A DNA stretch of 64,000 nt from Nitrososphaerales archaeon (GCA_965197925.1 CBDAOC010000013.1:20066-84065), one strand, 5' to 3'. Positions 34,573-46,002 are shown, counted from the first letter of the stretch. Notes: generated by a model from the letters alone, not told the origin. Numbers and translations are program-made.

Positions 34573-35760
34573 TCAACTTGTGTAATGATCTGTTCTGTAC
34601 CTTACGGAGCTTCTTTTCTTTCTTGTTGGTCTATGAGCTAACTTTTTCTTGAGACCATCACTAATCTCATCAAATATTTTTGCTAGATCCCATCCTGCGT
34701 TGGTATAAGTATGCCGTTTGGTTGGTGTTATTATGTTAACACCCACCTCGTACCTTCTTCGCTGCCCCTGCATATTTCTTATTTTCATAGAACATCTAGC
34801 CTCCTCTATATCTGGAGATACTTTTCTTAACAATTTGATTAGCCCAGTGAATTTTGTCTTGGCAAGCTCCGCATCGAAAGGATCTTCTGGCAAACCAACA
34901 ATGAAAGAAGGTATATCTTCTTCGATCCTCTCTGCCAGCAATGCAACTATATCTCTGTATGTGATGATTCCCTGAATCTCGTCCCATACCTTGACCACGG
35001 AATAAGTCGAATTCATATCTATAATCGAACCTATAACAGATTGCAGAGTATCTTGAGGTTTCGATGTTATAACATCCCGATCTGCTATGCTTATCACAGG
35101 AAAATCTAGCCTGATTATTTTATCAACCCCCAGAGACCTTCTACCTATCCTTTCAGATGGCAGTGTTGCTCTCACCATGTGAGACGAAGTGACTATTCCT
35201 GCAAGCCTCTTCTCTTCCATAACGGGAAGATGATCAATTTTATGCTTTATCATCATGCCTTTTCCACTTGATGCCTTGTCATTCGCTCTAAGCACAATCG
35301 GATTTGGAGTCATTATATCTGAGGCTTTACCAACTTTAATTCCCGTATCCTTGATACTTTTAGCTATGGATTTTACATTAACCTGACCAATGATCTTGCT
35401 GTCTTGGACTACAGGAAGGGACCTCAACCCATAGGAGCTCATTATCCTTGCGGCATATCCAAGATTACTTTCATAGGTTAAACTTGGAACTAACTTGCCG
35501 ATTAATGATGGTTTTGTAGAAGTGATGTTCCTGATCCCAAGTATATCCCTCAAGTTTATACTTGCAACTTTGTTTGATACAGGAATAAAGGCCTCATATG
35601 CATCTTGTTCCATTAAGATTCCTATAATTGTAGAAAACGAGTTGGTTGCCTTTACATCCAGAGATCCTTCGATTATTTTCTTGACAGATTTGGTACGTAG
35701 ATTATTCAGAGAATTATAAAGTGCGTCACCCATTCTTCTTATAACCATTCTAGATAACAC
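34573..35760 (-). CDS. Four-CBS protein with C-terminal HPF/RaiA-like domain (candidate ribosome hibernation factor)
   Basis: CBS motifs (LRSLPVV, IDHLPVM, GIITYRDI), then a ~100-aa beta-alpha-beta-beta-beta-alpha segment ending GWDLAKIFDEISDGLKKKL and a basic tail. Confidence 0.75.
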   Translation of the reverse strand: MLSRMVIRRMGDALYNSLNNLRTKSVKKIIEGSLDVKATNSFSTIIGILMEQDAYEAFIPVSNKVASINLRDILGIRNITSTKPSLIGKLVPSLTYESNLGYAARIMSSYGLRSLPVVQDSKIIGQVNVKSIAKSIKDTGIKVGKASDIMTPNPIVLRANDKASSGKGMMIKHKIDHLPVMEEKRLAGIVTSSHMVRATLPSERIGRRSLGVDKIIRLDFPVISIADRDVITSKPQDTLQSVIGSIIDMNSTYSVVKVWDEIQGIITYRDIVALLAERIEEDIPSFIVGLPEDPFDAELAKTKFTGLIKLLRKVSPDIEEARCSMKIRNMQGQRRRYEVGVNIITPTKRHTYTNAGWDLAKIFDEISDGLKKKLAHRPTRKKRSSVRYRTDHYTS

Positions 35761-35777
35761 CTATTGATAATATACAT

Positions 35778-36196
35778 CATTCTCTGCTTACCTCGTTATG
35801 GTTTCTCCCATTAGGCAACCAAATCTCGAGTAGACCATTATTGAATGTAACCTAGCCATTGTGACATCAACTGCATAGCATAACCTTATAACCTTTCTGA
35901 ACTCTTTGAATCATAATTCCTTTGTAGAATTGGGGGTGTTAACCAATACCCATTCATTATAGGTACATTATTTTTGAACATCTTCTTCAATCGTTAGATT
36001 CATGTCTCCTCTTCTAACTCATGGTGGATAGAATTTTACTATCAATTCATCAACATTTTCAATTAATTCGGTTATTGATACCAATTCTCTTTTTTCTAGA
36101 GCATAAAGAAATTCGAATATTGACAAATCCATATAATCCGCAGTGATTGGTCATATATGTAAGGTCATTTTCTTGATAACTTTTATCGTTGCTCAA
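35778..36196 (-). pseudogene. Hsp20/alpha-crystallin pseudogene
   Basis: ELIENVDELIVKF, FKEFRKVIRL, TFNNGLLEIWLP; stops and a frameshift. Confidence 0.7.
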
Positions 36197-36249
36197 TAAA
36201 TCACCTATACATGGTGTGGATCTTTTCTTTCTTTAATATTTGAGATTTT

Positions 36250-36921
36250 TTATTGACTGTTCGATAAGTAGTATCAGCTCTCGAACACATATCATTATTC
36301 TTTCGCTTTCCTCTTCTAACTGTTTAAAATTAATACGAATGTTAAGAATTTTGCTTACAATGAAAGGTGTTTCTAAACAGGAAGTTGTATCTGGGAAGTT
36401 TAGATAGAATTCTACGATTAATGTGAGATTTGGAATATTTTGTCTAGTACATTCTATGATAAGCCATGGCCAAATCCCAGAGAAAACACCCGCTAAGCAA
36501 GCTTACATTTGCTTCGTCAGGATGGACCTCTATACCCTTTGTTGTTGTTATTCCCACTACCGGGTTGTTTATCTTTATCCAGTATGTACAGGACAAGCCT
36601 ATCATTGGCTTTGGAGTAAGTATTTGAACCCATGCTAGAAGAGTTCTGAAGAATTGATTCAACACAGATGCTATTAAGGGAACACCAGAAATGGTTGCTA
36701 TTATATTGTCCTTGGCGTAAATTCTAAAAATATTTTTGAGTACTGTTTCCTTGACAATAATCAAGGTTGGAAATATTGGAGTCAATATTACCTAACTCCC
36801 TCATCTTCATTTTATCTATGATATATGATACTGTTATTGTATCCACCAAACCAACATCTGGCAAATCAACCAAAACAATTAGCTCTTCAGTATCTAATGA
36901 TTCTAAAAGTCTTATCTCCAA
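36250..36921 (-). pseudogene. PAC2 (proteasome assembly chaperone) pseudogene
   Basis: LPDVGLVDTITVSYIIDKMKMRELGNIDS, FPTLIIV..FRIYAK; frameshifts. Confidence 0.75.
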
Positions 36922-37055
36922 CCACAGTTCATACCCAACAAATTACTTCTTACCATGTATAAACACAATGATAGTTACTTTCAGTTGTCAAAGTTGATTC
37001 CCAATTTTAGAAATCGTGTTTACTTTTTAAATAACGAAAGCTTGAAAGTGATATC

Positions 37056-37503
37056 ATGTTAAGGAAAAGAGTTAGAAATAATGACAGAAACTCCGGTTGA
37101 CACTATTGAAGGAGGGCTAACGGTGGCTTTTGCAGCGAACGTGATGAAGGAAAGAGCCAGAGGTTCTCTTGTAGTTGTAGAGGGTGGAAAACCAATTGGA
37201 ATAGTTACTGAAAGAGACATGGTAAGGCGTGTCTTAGCTGAAGATAGAAGTCCTTCTGCAACCAAGGTTAGCGATATCGTATCCAAGCCCATAATAAGCG
37301 TTGGGCCTGAAGCCACAATATCTAGTGCTGCCAACGTGATGTACAAGTATGGGATATGAAGACTGCCAATTATTGAAGAGGGCACATTATTTGGTATAGT
37401 AACCACGACAGACCTTGCACGGGTAATGCAGAGGGAAACCGAAAAAGATGATGTTCTACTTGCCATGGGAAGGTTCAAGATGATCGAAGAGACCAATTTG
37501 TAG
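37056..37503 (+). pseudogene. Two-CBS protein with 5' frameshift and internal TGA
   Basis: GSLVVVEGGKPIGIVTERDMV; GI*RLPII..GIVTTTDL; TGA at 37357-37359. Confidence 0.85.
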
Positions 37504-37579
37504 ATTTTTTTATAAAATTGTGTTGGACAAAAAAAGTTCCTATATCTTGTATAGAATGAAAACTTCTTAAATAAATTGA

Positions 37580-38446
37580 ATGGAGAACAAGAATATGAAA
37601 AAGTATATGCGCCTGAAGGCGAAGGACGCGCGAAGGAAAGCCATCACTCTTGAACCTACTAAAACTCTTTACGATGCACGTAATGCTTTGCTCAGATATG
37701 ACATAAGTAGAATCATAATCACAAAAAAAGGAAAACCCGTAGGAATCATTACAGAGAAAGATATTGCACGATTTCTTTATGGAACTGCGGCTACTAGGCG
37801 TCTTGACGAAATCAGAGTAGACGAGGTGATGAGCAAAGACCTAGTGACAGTTAAAGAACAATTTGATTTGAATAAATCCGCCAAGTTGATGATAGACAAG
37901 GAAATAAGCTCATTAGTAGTTACCGATAGTAAGAACAACCTGAATGGAGTATTCACTAAAAGTGATTTGATGGCTGTCTATGCAAAATATTATGCTGGAA
38001 AAAATTTGGTAGGAGATTATATGACTAAAAAAGTCCTGACAGTAACACCAGATGAAAATACGCATATGGTTCTATTATTAATGACGAGCAATAATATATC
38101 GAGGGTAGTTGTTGTAAGAGGCCATAAACCTGTAGGTATAATAACAGGGCGTGATATACTTCCTGTGAGTTCACTAGTTGGTCCTGATACCTCTGAGACA
38201 ATTAAAGAAGTTTTCTCTTCACATAAAGAAGTCCAAATGATCATACCATCGGGCATAAGTGCAATATTCCTCGCCAAGGATTTAATGAAGTTTGATCCCA
38301 TAACAATTAACAGCGACTCTGATCTTGCTGAATCTGCACAAATAATGACAAGGAATAGGATAACTGGCCTTCCAGTAGTTGATTTAAAAGGTACTCTGGT
38401 TGGTATTATTACTAGAACGGACATAATAAGGGCCCTTACTATTTAA
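37580..38446 (+). CDS. Four-CBS-domain protein
   Basis: GIITEKDI, GVFTKSDL, GIITGRDI, GIITRTDI. Confidence 0.92.
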   Translation: MENKNMKKYMRLKAKDARRKAITLEPTKTLYDARNALLRYDISRIIITKKGKPVGIITEKDIARFLYGTAATRRLDEIRVDEVMSKDLVTVKEQFDLNKSAKLMIDKEISSLVVTDSKNNLNGVFTKSDLMAVYAKYYAGKNLVGDYMTKKVLTVTPDENTHMVLLLMTSNNISRVVVVRGHKPVGIITGRDILPVSSLVGPDTSETIKEVFSSHKEVQMIIPSGISAIFLAKDLMKFDPITINSDSDLAESAQIMTRNRITGLPVVDLKGTLVGIITRTDIIRALTI

Positions 38447-38911
38447 TAACTTTAATATTAGATTGATATCGGCTATTTTTAGCAATATCAATTGCTTCTT
38501 TTCGCTGCTAGTAGCTAAAAACCAGAACCCCAAACTCACGGATTTCATTATAGCAATTGTTGTAACGGTATCCTGAAAGTGTATAAACATACCCCACATT
38601 GATGTAAAATCTTCTATCTACCTGTATTTTTCCAATATTAAATAAAGAACATAATTTCCATATAGATTTTCGGTCATGACTATTAACCGATAACTTGTGT
38701 GACATTATGTGTTATTGGACAAGAAGCTAAATAAATTAAGTTCTTTTTATTTATAAAAAGATAAACAAGATTTTCTGAAATCCATAATATTCTATCACAC
38801 TAGAATTACTCTTATCATAGGATCTTTATTCGATTCTTTGATATTTAATACAAGGAACTTTGTTTAGTATAAGACATTATATGAGTCGTTCAATAATTTA
38901 ATATTCCAATA

Positions 38912-39386
38912 ATGAAACATATATACGATAAAAGAAAGAAGAAGATGATAAGAAAGATACTGGTTCCGGTTGATTCTTCTGAATGTTCATTTGCTGCTGC
39001 AAATTATGCCGTAGGTCTAGCCAAAACTCATGGAGCAAGTATTATTTTGATTCATGTTGTCGAGATACATCCATACTCCTCTACAATACCGTTTTACATG
39101 ACTGCGGGGGGATGAAGCTTTTGAAAAAGATGTTAGAGAAACAGCGAAAGACTGGTTTGCAAAGATCGAAAAGCCTGCCAAAAAGCAAGATGTGATTGTC
39201 AAACATGAGGTACTGCTTCGCAGTAAGTCGGTAATAGAATCCATAGTTTCATATGCCGATAAGAACAAAGTAGATCTCATCGTCATTGGTACCAAGGGAC
39301 TCACTGGATTCAAGAAGTTATTACTTGGGAGTGTCGCTCGGGGAGTGATCGATCATGGTCATTGTCCAGTGTTGCTAGTAAGATAA
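38912..39386 (+). pseudogene. Universal stress protein split by one extra G in a G6 run
   Basis: KILVPVDSSECS in frame 1; DLIVIGTKG..LLLGSVA..HCPVLLVR in frame 2; G5 in place of G6 at ~39106-39111 restores the ORF. Confidence 0.88.
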
Positions 39387-39414
39387 TGAAATTTCAAGAG
39401 ATATAAGAGCACCA

Positions 39415-39648
39415 GTGAGGAGTAATGATCGTGTGATATCTAAAAATAGATGTTCTACCAAAAACATATTTGAAGCCCCTCTTCCCTTTGACGATCAAGA
39501 TTATTACGATGTTATGTTCACATTCGAGCCGCTTTCGACCTTTAGATACAGGGATGTTAAGGACAGGCTGGACTGGTATTATCAAGTTATGCAAAACACT
39601 AAACCTGCAAAATTACTGAAAATTTATCAACTACTTGTGAGATGGTAA
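39415..39648 (+). CDS. Small hypothetical protein
   Basis: 77-aa ORF co-oriented between the USP and tfb genes; no motif recognised. Confidence 0.4.
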   Translation: MRSNDRVISKNRCSTKNIFEAPLPFDDQDYYDVMFTFEPLSTFRYRDVKDRLDWYYQVMQNTKPAKLLKIYQLLVRW

Positions 39649-39703
39649 TGATTTATATATCTGAAAAGCACCATGGATATTACAAGTAATTTTATGTGAC
39701 ATT

Positions 39704-40618
39704 GTGATGACAAAGAATATTTCTATTTTAGACGAATGTACTAATTGTAACAAGGGTCCTATGGTGACAGATGATGTTACAGGTGAGACTTTTTGTAGTC
39801 ATTGCGGGTATGTCCGTACAGAAAGAATAGAAGCCTTCGGTCCGGAATGGAGGTCATTTTCCAAGGAGGATCATGAAGCTAAAAGTAGAACTGGTCTCCC
39901 AACGTCTTTGGCAATGCATGATATGGGTCTTGCCACAATAATAGGTAGAATTAACAAGGATGCGTCTGGCAAACCTTTAACAGCATCTATGAGGAGCACG
40001 GTAGAACGCCTACGAACTTGGGACGATAGAAGTCAGCTTCATAAATCAGTCGATAGGAACTACAGGCAGGCCTTTAACGAATTGAATAGACTAAAGGATA
40101 AGTTGGCTTTAAGTGATGTGGTAATAGAAAAAACAGCCTACATATACAGAAGAGCGGTAGAGAAGAGCCTAATTCGTGGGAGAACCATCTCTGCATTACT
40201 TGGAGCAACACTTTATGCCGCATGTAGAGACACAGAGACACCAAGAACACTTAAGGACATCTCAAGTATCAGCAATGCAAAGAAGAAGGATCTTTCTAGA
40301 TGTTACAGACTTTTGGTTAAGGAGCTTGATCTTAGGATGCCTGTAGTAAATCCTATGAATTGCGTTGCAAAGATAGCGAGCAAAGCTAACCTGAGCGAGA
40401 AGACAAAAAGGAAGGCTCTTGAGGTTTTGGAAAAAGCTAGGGAGCTCAGAATATCCGCGGGAAAAGATCCAATGGGAATTGCTGCAACTGCACTTTATAT
40501 AGCTACCACGTTAAACATGGAAAACAAGACACAGAAGAAGATTGCTGAAGCCGCTGGTATCACAGAAGTTACAATAAGAAACAGGTGCAAGGATCTTAGC
40601 ATTGCCCTTGAACTCTAA
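39704..40618 (+). CDS. tfb: Transcription initiation factor IIB
   Basis: CxxC..CxxC Zn ribbon, GPEWRSF, HDMGLAT, cyclin repeats, GKDPMGIAA, TEVTIRNR. Confidence 0.96.
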   Translation: MMTKNISILDECTNCNKGPMVTDDVTGETFCSHCGYVRTERIEAFGPEWRSFSKEDHEAKSRTGLPTSLAMHDMGLATIIGRINKDASGKPLTASMRSTVERLRTWDDRSQLHKSVDRNYRQAFNELNRLKDKLALSDVVIEKTAYIYRRAVEKSLIRGRTISALLGATLYAACRDTETPRTLKDISSISNAKKKDLSRCYRLLVKELDLRMPVVNPMNCVAKIASKANLSEKTKRKALEVLEKARELRISAGKDPMGIAATALYIATTLNMENKTQKKIAEAAGITEVTIRNRCKDLSIALEL

Positions 40619-40706
40619 GGTTTCATTTGTAACTCCAATGACTATAGAGAATCCAATATTAATGGATTAAATTGCCATTTGTCTTCTTAGCTTTTGATAA
40701 TTAGTT

Positions 40707-41803
40707 GAGGCATGGGCATTATTCCATATAACAAAAATAACTTGATGCCTCTGATTGATTAACTTCCGAGCATGTGCTTCAATGCCTTTAATGGTCTTCC
40801 TGTTAGATGATTGTAGTAAACCATTACCTGATACAACAATACTGATAACAACACTACACTCCTTACCTTATCAAATCCTCTAACTGGCAATGGATCTATG
40901 GTAAATACATCCTTCATATGCTCTATCAATGGCTCAACGCTTATGCTCCTCCGAGAATATACATGCTGCCCATATTCAGATTGATAGAACTGCAGCAATG
41001 CCAGTCTATTATTATCTATGGTATGCTTGTACATTTCCAATGGGAATACTGGATGCCCTCTATACCTGCTGAAATCACATAACTTGTGATCATCATATCC
41101 TTCATCTCCTACAACATACCTTACCATTCCTGTAGGCAATGAAGATGTTATGCTTTCATACATCTTGTTATCAGTAATGTTAGCTGTTGTGAAATCAGCT
41201 GATAATGGAACTATCAACGAACCAGTACTACATGCTAGATGCATCTTGTATCCAAATACCCATCCCTTGGTTCTGCTGAATCCCCATCGAGCATCTGTAT
41301 CTATACCGGAGCGTGGTACTTCGTTCTTCTTCATGCTAGATTTGTGCCATACATGTCCCTTTGCCTTCAACAAGGAACTGTCAACGGATATTATGGCTGG
41401 GTCTACCAACCCATCTTTTATGAAGAGCATACCCATGACATCTATCCTTGATCTTATGTCAATTGATATGACCTTGAACCTTCTGTCGAATGTTCTTTTA
41501 TCTGGCAACCTATCAAGACCACATGCCTTCATTACCTTCCTGTTGTATGGCATATCTATCGAATAGTATTCATGCAAAGCATTGTTGCTTGGTATTCTTA
41601 TCCATACTCTAACGATAAAGCATCTCACCATAACTGTAGGAGAATAGTAGTAGGGTTTACCCCTTTTTCCTATTAGGTTTTGACCAAGGAATCACGTCAA
41701 TCAAAAATAATATACGAAGAAGTATCTAGTCTGAGCTAAACATATTACCAATGAAAATTGAAACCTGATCTTATCGTTTCGAACTAAATTATGCCCAAGC
41801 CTC
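40707..41803 (-). mobile_element. IS 'B', most complete copy, with 8-bp TSD
   Basis: TIRs GAGGCATGGGCATTATT / GAGGCTTGGGCATAATT; AATTAGTT at 40699-40706 and 41804-41811; 290-aa DDE ORF. Confidence 0.93.
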
Positions 41804-41869
41804 AATTAGTTAAAGTATTAACTTACAGCTGTAGGTTCATGACAAAATGAAAAAACTTTCTGATGAACT

Positions 41870-42541
41870 TCATACATTCAGATGCTGAACAAACCAATTG
41901 GTCGCAAGCCTTGCAACCTCTTCCAACGTCCCTGATTCCTCAAAGGAGTCGCTCCAGGTATGATCATAATTTCCTTTTTCGCCCGGAGTTTTTCCAATGC
42001 TTCACGGTTCATACCAATCACATCAAAGTCTTTTCCCCTACAATGAGAAGTGTTGGTGCTTTGACATTAAACAATGCTGATCCTGCAAGATCTGGACGTC
42101 CACCCCGTGAGACCACTGCATTGATAATGTTAGGACGGCCTGCTGCCGCAACTATTGCAGCAGCTGCACCTGTACTCGCACCGAAGTAACCGATACGTGG
42201 ATTTTGAATGGCCTTGCTTTGTATAATCCAATCTGTAGCTCCCACGAGTCTTTCAGCTAATAACCCAATATCAAACCTTAGGTGTCTTGTTTGAATATCC
42301 ATCTTCTCCTCATCAGCTGTGAGAAGATCTATCAACAAGGTCCCAAGTCAAGCTTCATGGAGTACTTGCGCAACATATAGATTTCGTGGGCTGAATCGGC
42401 TACTTCCACTACCATGGGCGAACAACAAACACTGCCTGATCTTTCTGGTTCGACCAAGTTTCCTTTCAGAATAACCTGTCTAGTAGATACTTCAACCGAG
42501 CGTCCTTCTTCCACTCTTGCTGATCCGTTCATTGAAATCAT
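41870..42541 (-). pseudogene. Dienelactone-hydrolase-like alpha/beta hydrolase pseudogene (PRT-associated type)
   Basis: DLLTADEE..RFDIGLLAERL, GYFGASTGAAAA, VVSRGGRPDLA, APTLLIVG; frameshifts. Confidence 0.87.
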
Positions 42542-43211
42542 TCCCCACTAGAGTTACAAAATTCTTAATGATATATAACCTACCAAAGTTCTTACAATCT
42601 CTGCTATTAAACTGGCTCCAGAAATACAGGTTTGTTGCCTTTGATTTTTATTCCTCATAACACCTTCCCTAAGAATATTAACCACCGGTTCAAAATTGGT
42701 AATCTCAATATAGGACACATTCGCCATCACTATAATGGTAAATATGAGATGAAATGATTTAAAACTAACACATGTTTATTAATTTTAAGAATAGCAATTT
42801 TCTATTTTCCTTACAAGTATTTCTCATTGTTTCACACCTGCCTGCCTTTCACAATAAAATAAGGAGATCATTTTCGTTTGAATCACTTTTTAATTATCAT
42901 TTTTAATTATCAATATAGAAGCTCAGTTAGAACCAAATTTACATCCTAAAATATATTTTAGTCAGAATACTTTCCCCTCGCTAGAAGCGTTTATGCCTTT
43001 GATAAATATCTTGAAGTATACATATCTAAGGATGATGATTCTTGCAAAAATCCTCCAAATTAGGACTTACCAAGATTCCCCCACTGGTTGGTAACTCTTG
43101 AAGATTCACTATAGGTGAAATGAAATAACCGTTATGGCCAGAAGAATATTCGAAAAGGGTTAAGAGGATGCAATAAAACAAGGTACATCACTTGAGTCGT
43201 ATATCGAAGTC

Positions 43212-44402
43212 ATGTATGCGTGCGACGATGATCTGCTACGTTTTTATTCGTTAATAGGGAGAGGATGGAGGATGAAACAGACAATTAGTGTGATAGGATT
43301 TATAACTATTATATTATCAATTATGTTATTCTCACTTGATAACAATTTATTTTCAAATGAAGAGTTAAAGCTATTACAAATTGAACAGAAAAAAATTGAG
43401 ATCTTCATCCTCTCACGTAGTTTTATGTTGGCAAATCCTTATTATGAACCAGTAAATGCTACTGCTACGGTTGGAACCTTAGTTGAATGGGTAAATGGTG
43501 ACATTGTCCAACACACGGCGACCAGTGATAGAGGTATACAGGGAAAGCTTGAAGGACAAATATTTGATTCTGGTCCTATACCACCTAAATCAATTTTCCA
43601 GTTAGATACGTCAGGGATGCTGGATGATGCCTATTCCTATCATTGTACCCTACATCCTTGGTCCAAAGGTGTACTTACCCTTGTCACCGAACCTATAAAC
43701 ATTACAACCGACAAGAAACTATATTTTGTTGGCGAGAAGGTTACGGTATCAGGAACTGCAAACATTCCTACATTATCATCTGATGCGTCCAATACCCTAC
43801 CAGAAAACTTTGTCAATATAACAACTGTAATGCCTATATTTGTCAAGGTATTTACCGCCGAGAATGAGCTGTATTTGTCAACAGAGATAATAACTCTTAG
43901 TGGTGGAACATTCAGCTATACATTTACAGTAAAAGATCCTGGCATGTACACGGCAACGGCTACGATAAATGGTTTTTCGGCCAGCGACGTCTTTGAGATC
44001 AGGCAGCCGGTTGTAGAGAAGGTGTCAGTTTTGGAGATGGAATTCACAGATGTCACTTCCAATAGTTTAAACTTCGCAAAAGTTGGACAGAAAGTCTTCA
44101 TAAGGTCTCAGATAAAGAATATACAAGAGATAAATCAGGATTATACCTACGCGGTTCAGATCAAGAATAGCGATCAGGAAACAGTTTTGCTAATAAGGAA
44201 GAATGCTTCTATTGAGCCGCTTGCCCTTTCGACACCAGCCATTACTTGGATACCAGAAAGCGAAGATACATACGGTGTCGAGATATTCATCTGGAATAAT
44301 ATGATACTTCCTGAATCACTTTCTAAGCATGTGGGAAAGATTAACTTATTTGTTCAGAAATCATTTTCATTCAATTCTTTGTTCTTATTAGGTATACATT
44401 AG
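43212..44402 (+). CDS. Cupredoxin (plastocyanin-like) domain surface protein; likely start 43272
   Basis: WVNGDIVQHTATS, FDSG, YHCTLHPWSKG (usual axial Met replaced by Ser); Ig-like C-terminal domains. Confidence 0.85.
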   Translation: MYACDDDLLRFYSLIGRGWRMKQTISVIGFITIILSIMLFSLDNNLFSNEELKLLQIEQKKIEIFILSRSFMLANPYYEPVNATATVGTLVEWVNGDIVQHTATSDRGIQGKLEGQIFDSGPIPPKSIFQLDTSGMLDDAYSYHCTLHPWSKGVLTLVTEPINITTDKKLYFVGEKVTVSGTANIPTLSSDASNTLPENFVNITTVMPIFVKVFTAENELYLSTEIITLSGGTFSYTFTVKDPGMYTATATINGFSASDVFEIRQPVVEKVSVLEMEFTDVTSNSLNFAKVGQKVFIRSQIKNIQEINQDYTYAVQIKNSDQETVLLIRKNASIEPLALSTPAITWIPESEDTYGVEIFIWNNMILPESLSKHVGKINLFVQKSFSFNSLFLLGIH

Positions 44403-44691
44403 ATGAACTATAATCATAGTGATATACTAAATGTTATTCTGAATTTTTAATAACTTTCTTCAACCCTACTTAAAGTCAAGGTTTGGGAAATTCTAATACA
44501 AATCAATATTTTATTTAATTTGTTTAAATAATGTTGATAAAAACAAAACGGCTGAAAGCCCAGATGAAGTTCAAAGTAAAGCGCTCGAAGCAAACTCACT
44601 CAAATTGTATATAAGGTAGCCCATTTGATTATCAATATTGAAAAACATATGTTGTTTTTAAATTATGATAAGTTGAATAGAATATTGCATT

Positions 44692-44955
44692 TTGATGGGA
44701 ATGAACAAGGAAACATATACGCAACTCAAAGAACTTTCCTCACTCTTGCCAGTTATTACTTTGGTAGCTGTTCTCATAATGGCTCCTAGTATTGTTGAAT
44801 ATAGACCTGCTGCATCAGAGGTTGATGTAACACTGGTAGTTTTCTTGCTCCTGACAGCTGGTGTAGGAACCCTTTTTGTTTTGTTAGAAAGGCGCAAGAA
44901 GTTAGTATCCTACCCCTATAGCAATTTGATTGGAGAAGATGGGAGACGTAGTTGA
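44692..44955 (+). CDS. Small 2-TM membrane protein
   Basis: Two hydrophobic helices; 4-bp overlap with the PRT gene. Confidence 0.6.
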   Translation: MMGMNKETYTQLKELSSLLPVITLVAVLIMAPSIVEYRPAASEVDVTLVVFLLLTAGVGTLFVLLERRKKLVSYPYSNLIGEDGRRS

Positions 44956-45587
44956 TATTCCAAGACAGAGAAGAAGCAGCTAGGATGCTTGCTGAGAAGC
45001 TAGTTTGGCTGAAGAAAGAAGAGCCTATAATATTAGCCATTCCACGCGGCGGTGTAATTACTGGTGATGTTATTGCCTCTATGCTTGATGCTAAACTTGA
45101 TGTTATAGTTCCAAGAAAGCTTGGTGCTCCTTACAATCCAGAACTTGCAATAGGTGCTGTAATGCACGATGGTAGCTATTTCCTCAATACAGATGTAATT
45201 AATGCGTTGAATGTGTCAAAAGATTATATAGATGCAGAGAAATCCGCACAAATGAAGGAGATAGAGAGACGATTGTTTCTTTATAGAGGAAGTAGAAATT
45301 ATGATCTAAAAAGCAAGACTTTGGTTTTGGTGGATGATGGTATTGCAACAGGAGCTACAATGTTCGCGGCTGCTCAGTGGCTGAATAAGCAAAATCCCAC
45401 CAAACTTGTAATAGCTGTGCCAGTAGCGCCAAAGGATACTGTCGATAAGCTTATTGAGGTGAGAAATGTAGTGGTTCTTCAATCGCCAGTAATGTTTGGC
45501 GCAGTTGGAGAATTTTACCACAATTTCATTCAGATTAGCGATAAAGAAGTGCGAGAACTAATGAGTAAGTATGGGTATAAGATATAG
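44952..45587 (+). CDS. Phosphoribosyltransferase-like protein (Rv0571c N-terminal type)
   Basis: FQDREEAA, LAIPRGG, PRKLGAPYNPELAIGAV, LVDDGIATGAT, AVGEFYHNFIQISD. Confidence 0.9.
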   Translation: MIFQDREEAARMLAEKLVWLKKEEPIILAIPRGGVITGDVIASMLDAKLDVIVPRKLGAPYNPELAIGAVMHDGSYFLNTDVINALNVSKDYIDAEKSAQMKEIERRLFLYRGSRNYDLKSKTLVLVDDGIATGATMFAAAQWLNKQNPTKLVIAVPVAPKDTVDKLIEVRNVVVLQSPVMFGAVGEFYHNFIQISDKEVRELMSKYGYKI

Positions 45588-45985
45588 TTTCCAGATTATA
45601 TAATATTATATTTATGCACAAGGATCCAGATGTGGATTATGATGTACAATTCGTATGGAATCCCTGTAGGCAAAAAAGAATTTAAACCCTCTTCATTTGT
45701 ATGAGCCACTTTGAATTTTTGGATATATACTCAATGCTTAAGACAGAAGAAAAGTTATAGATATATCGAAAACAGTTTGAAATGGTGTTATATCCTTTTC
45801 ATAGCCACCCAGATAAAATATGTAAGCATGTCATAAGTAAAACCATTGTGAGTGACTAGAAATCTTGTCTAACAAAGTAGATGAATTGTGTAGATTCGGA
45901 ATATGCCAAAAGAACTTGTTTATTTTGTGTCACAACTTGCTGAGTTGGTAAAGTAACATTCTTTTCAGAGTTGGAAATTACAAAA

Positions 45986-46002
45986 AGCAATATATTATTG
46001 CT
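45986..46002 (+). promoter_or_regulatory. TATA-like box inside a 7-3-7 palindrome upstream of hsp20
   Basis: AGCAATA-TAT-TATTGCT at -34 to -18 from the ATG, preceded by a purine-rich BRE-like run. Confidence 0.55.

Noticed and set aside
37357..37359. In-frame TGA in the CBS gene as selenocysteine or readthrough
   Set aside because: It falls at the IRRLP Arg position (simple nonsense change), and the gene also has a 5' frameshift.
33420..45940. Recurring TGTGAC/GTCACA hexamer as a regulon motif
   Set aside because: The count is near chance expectation and spacing to start codons is inconsistent.
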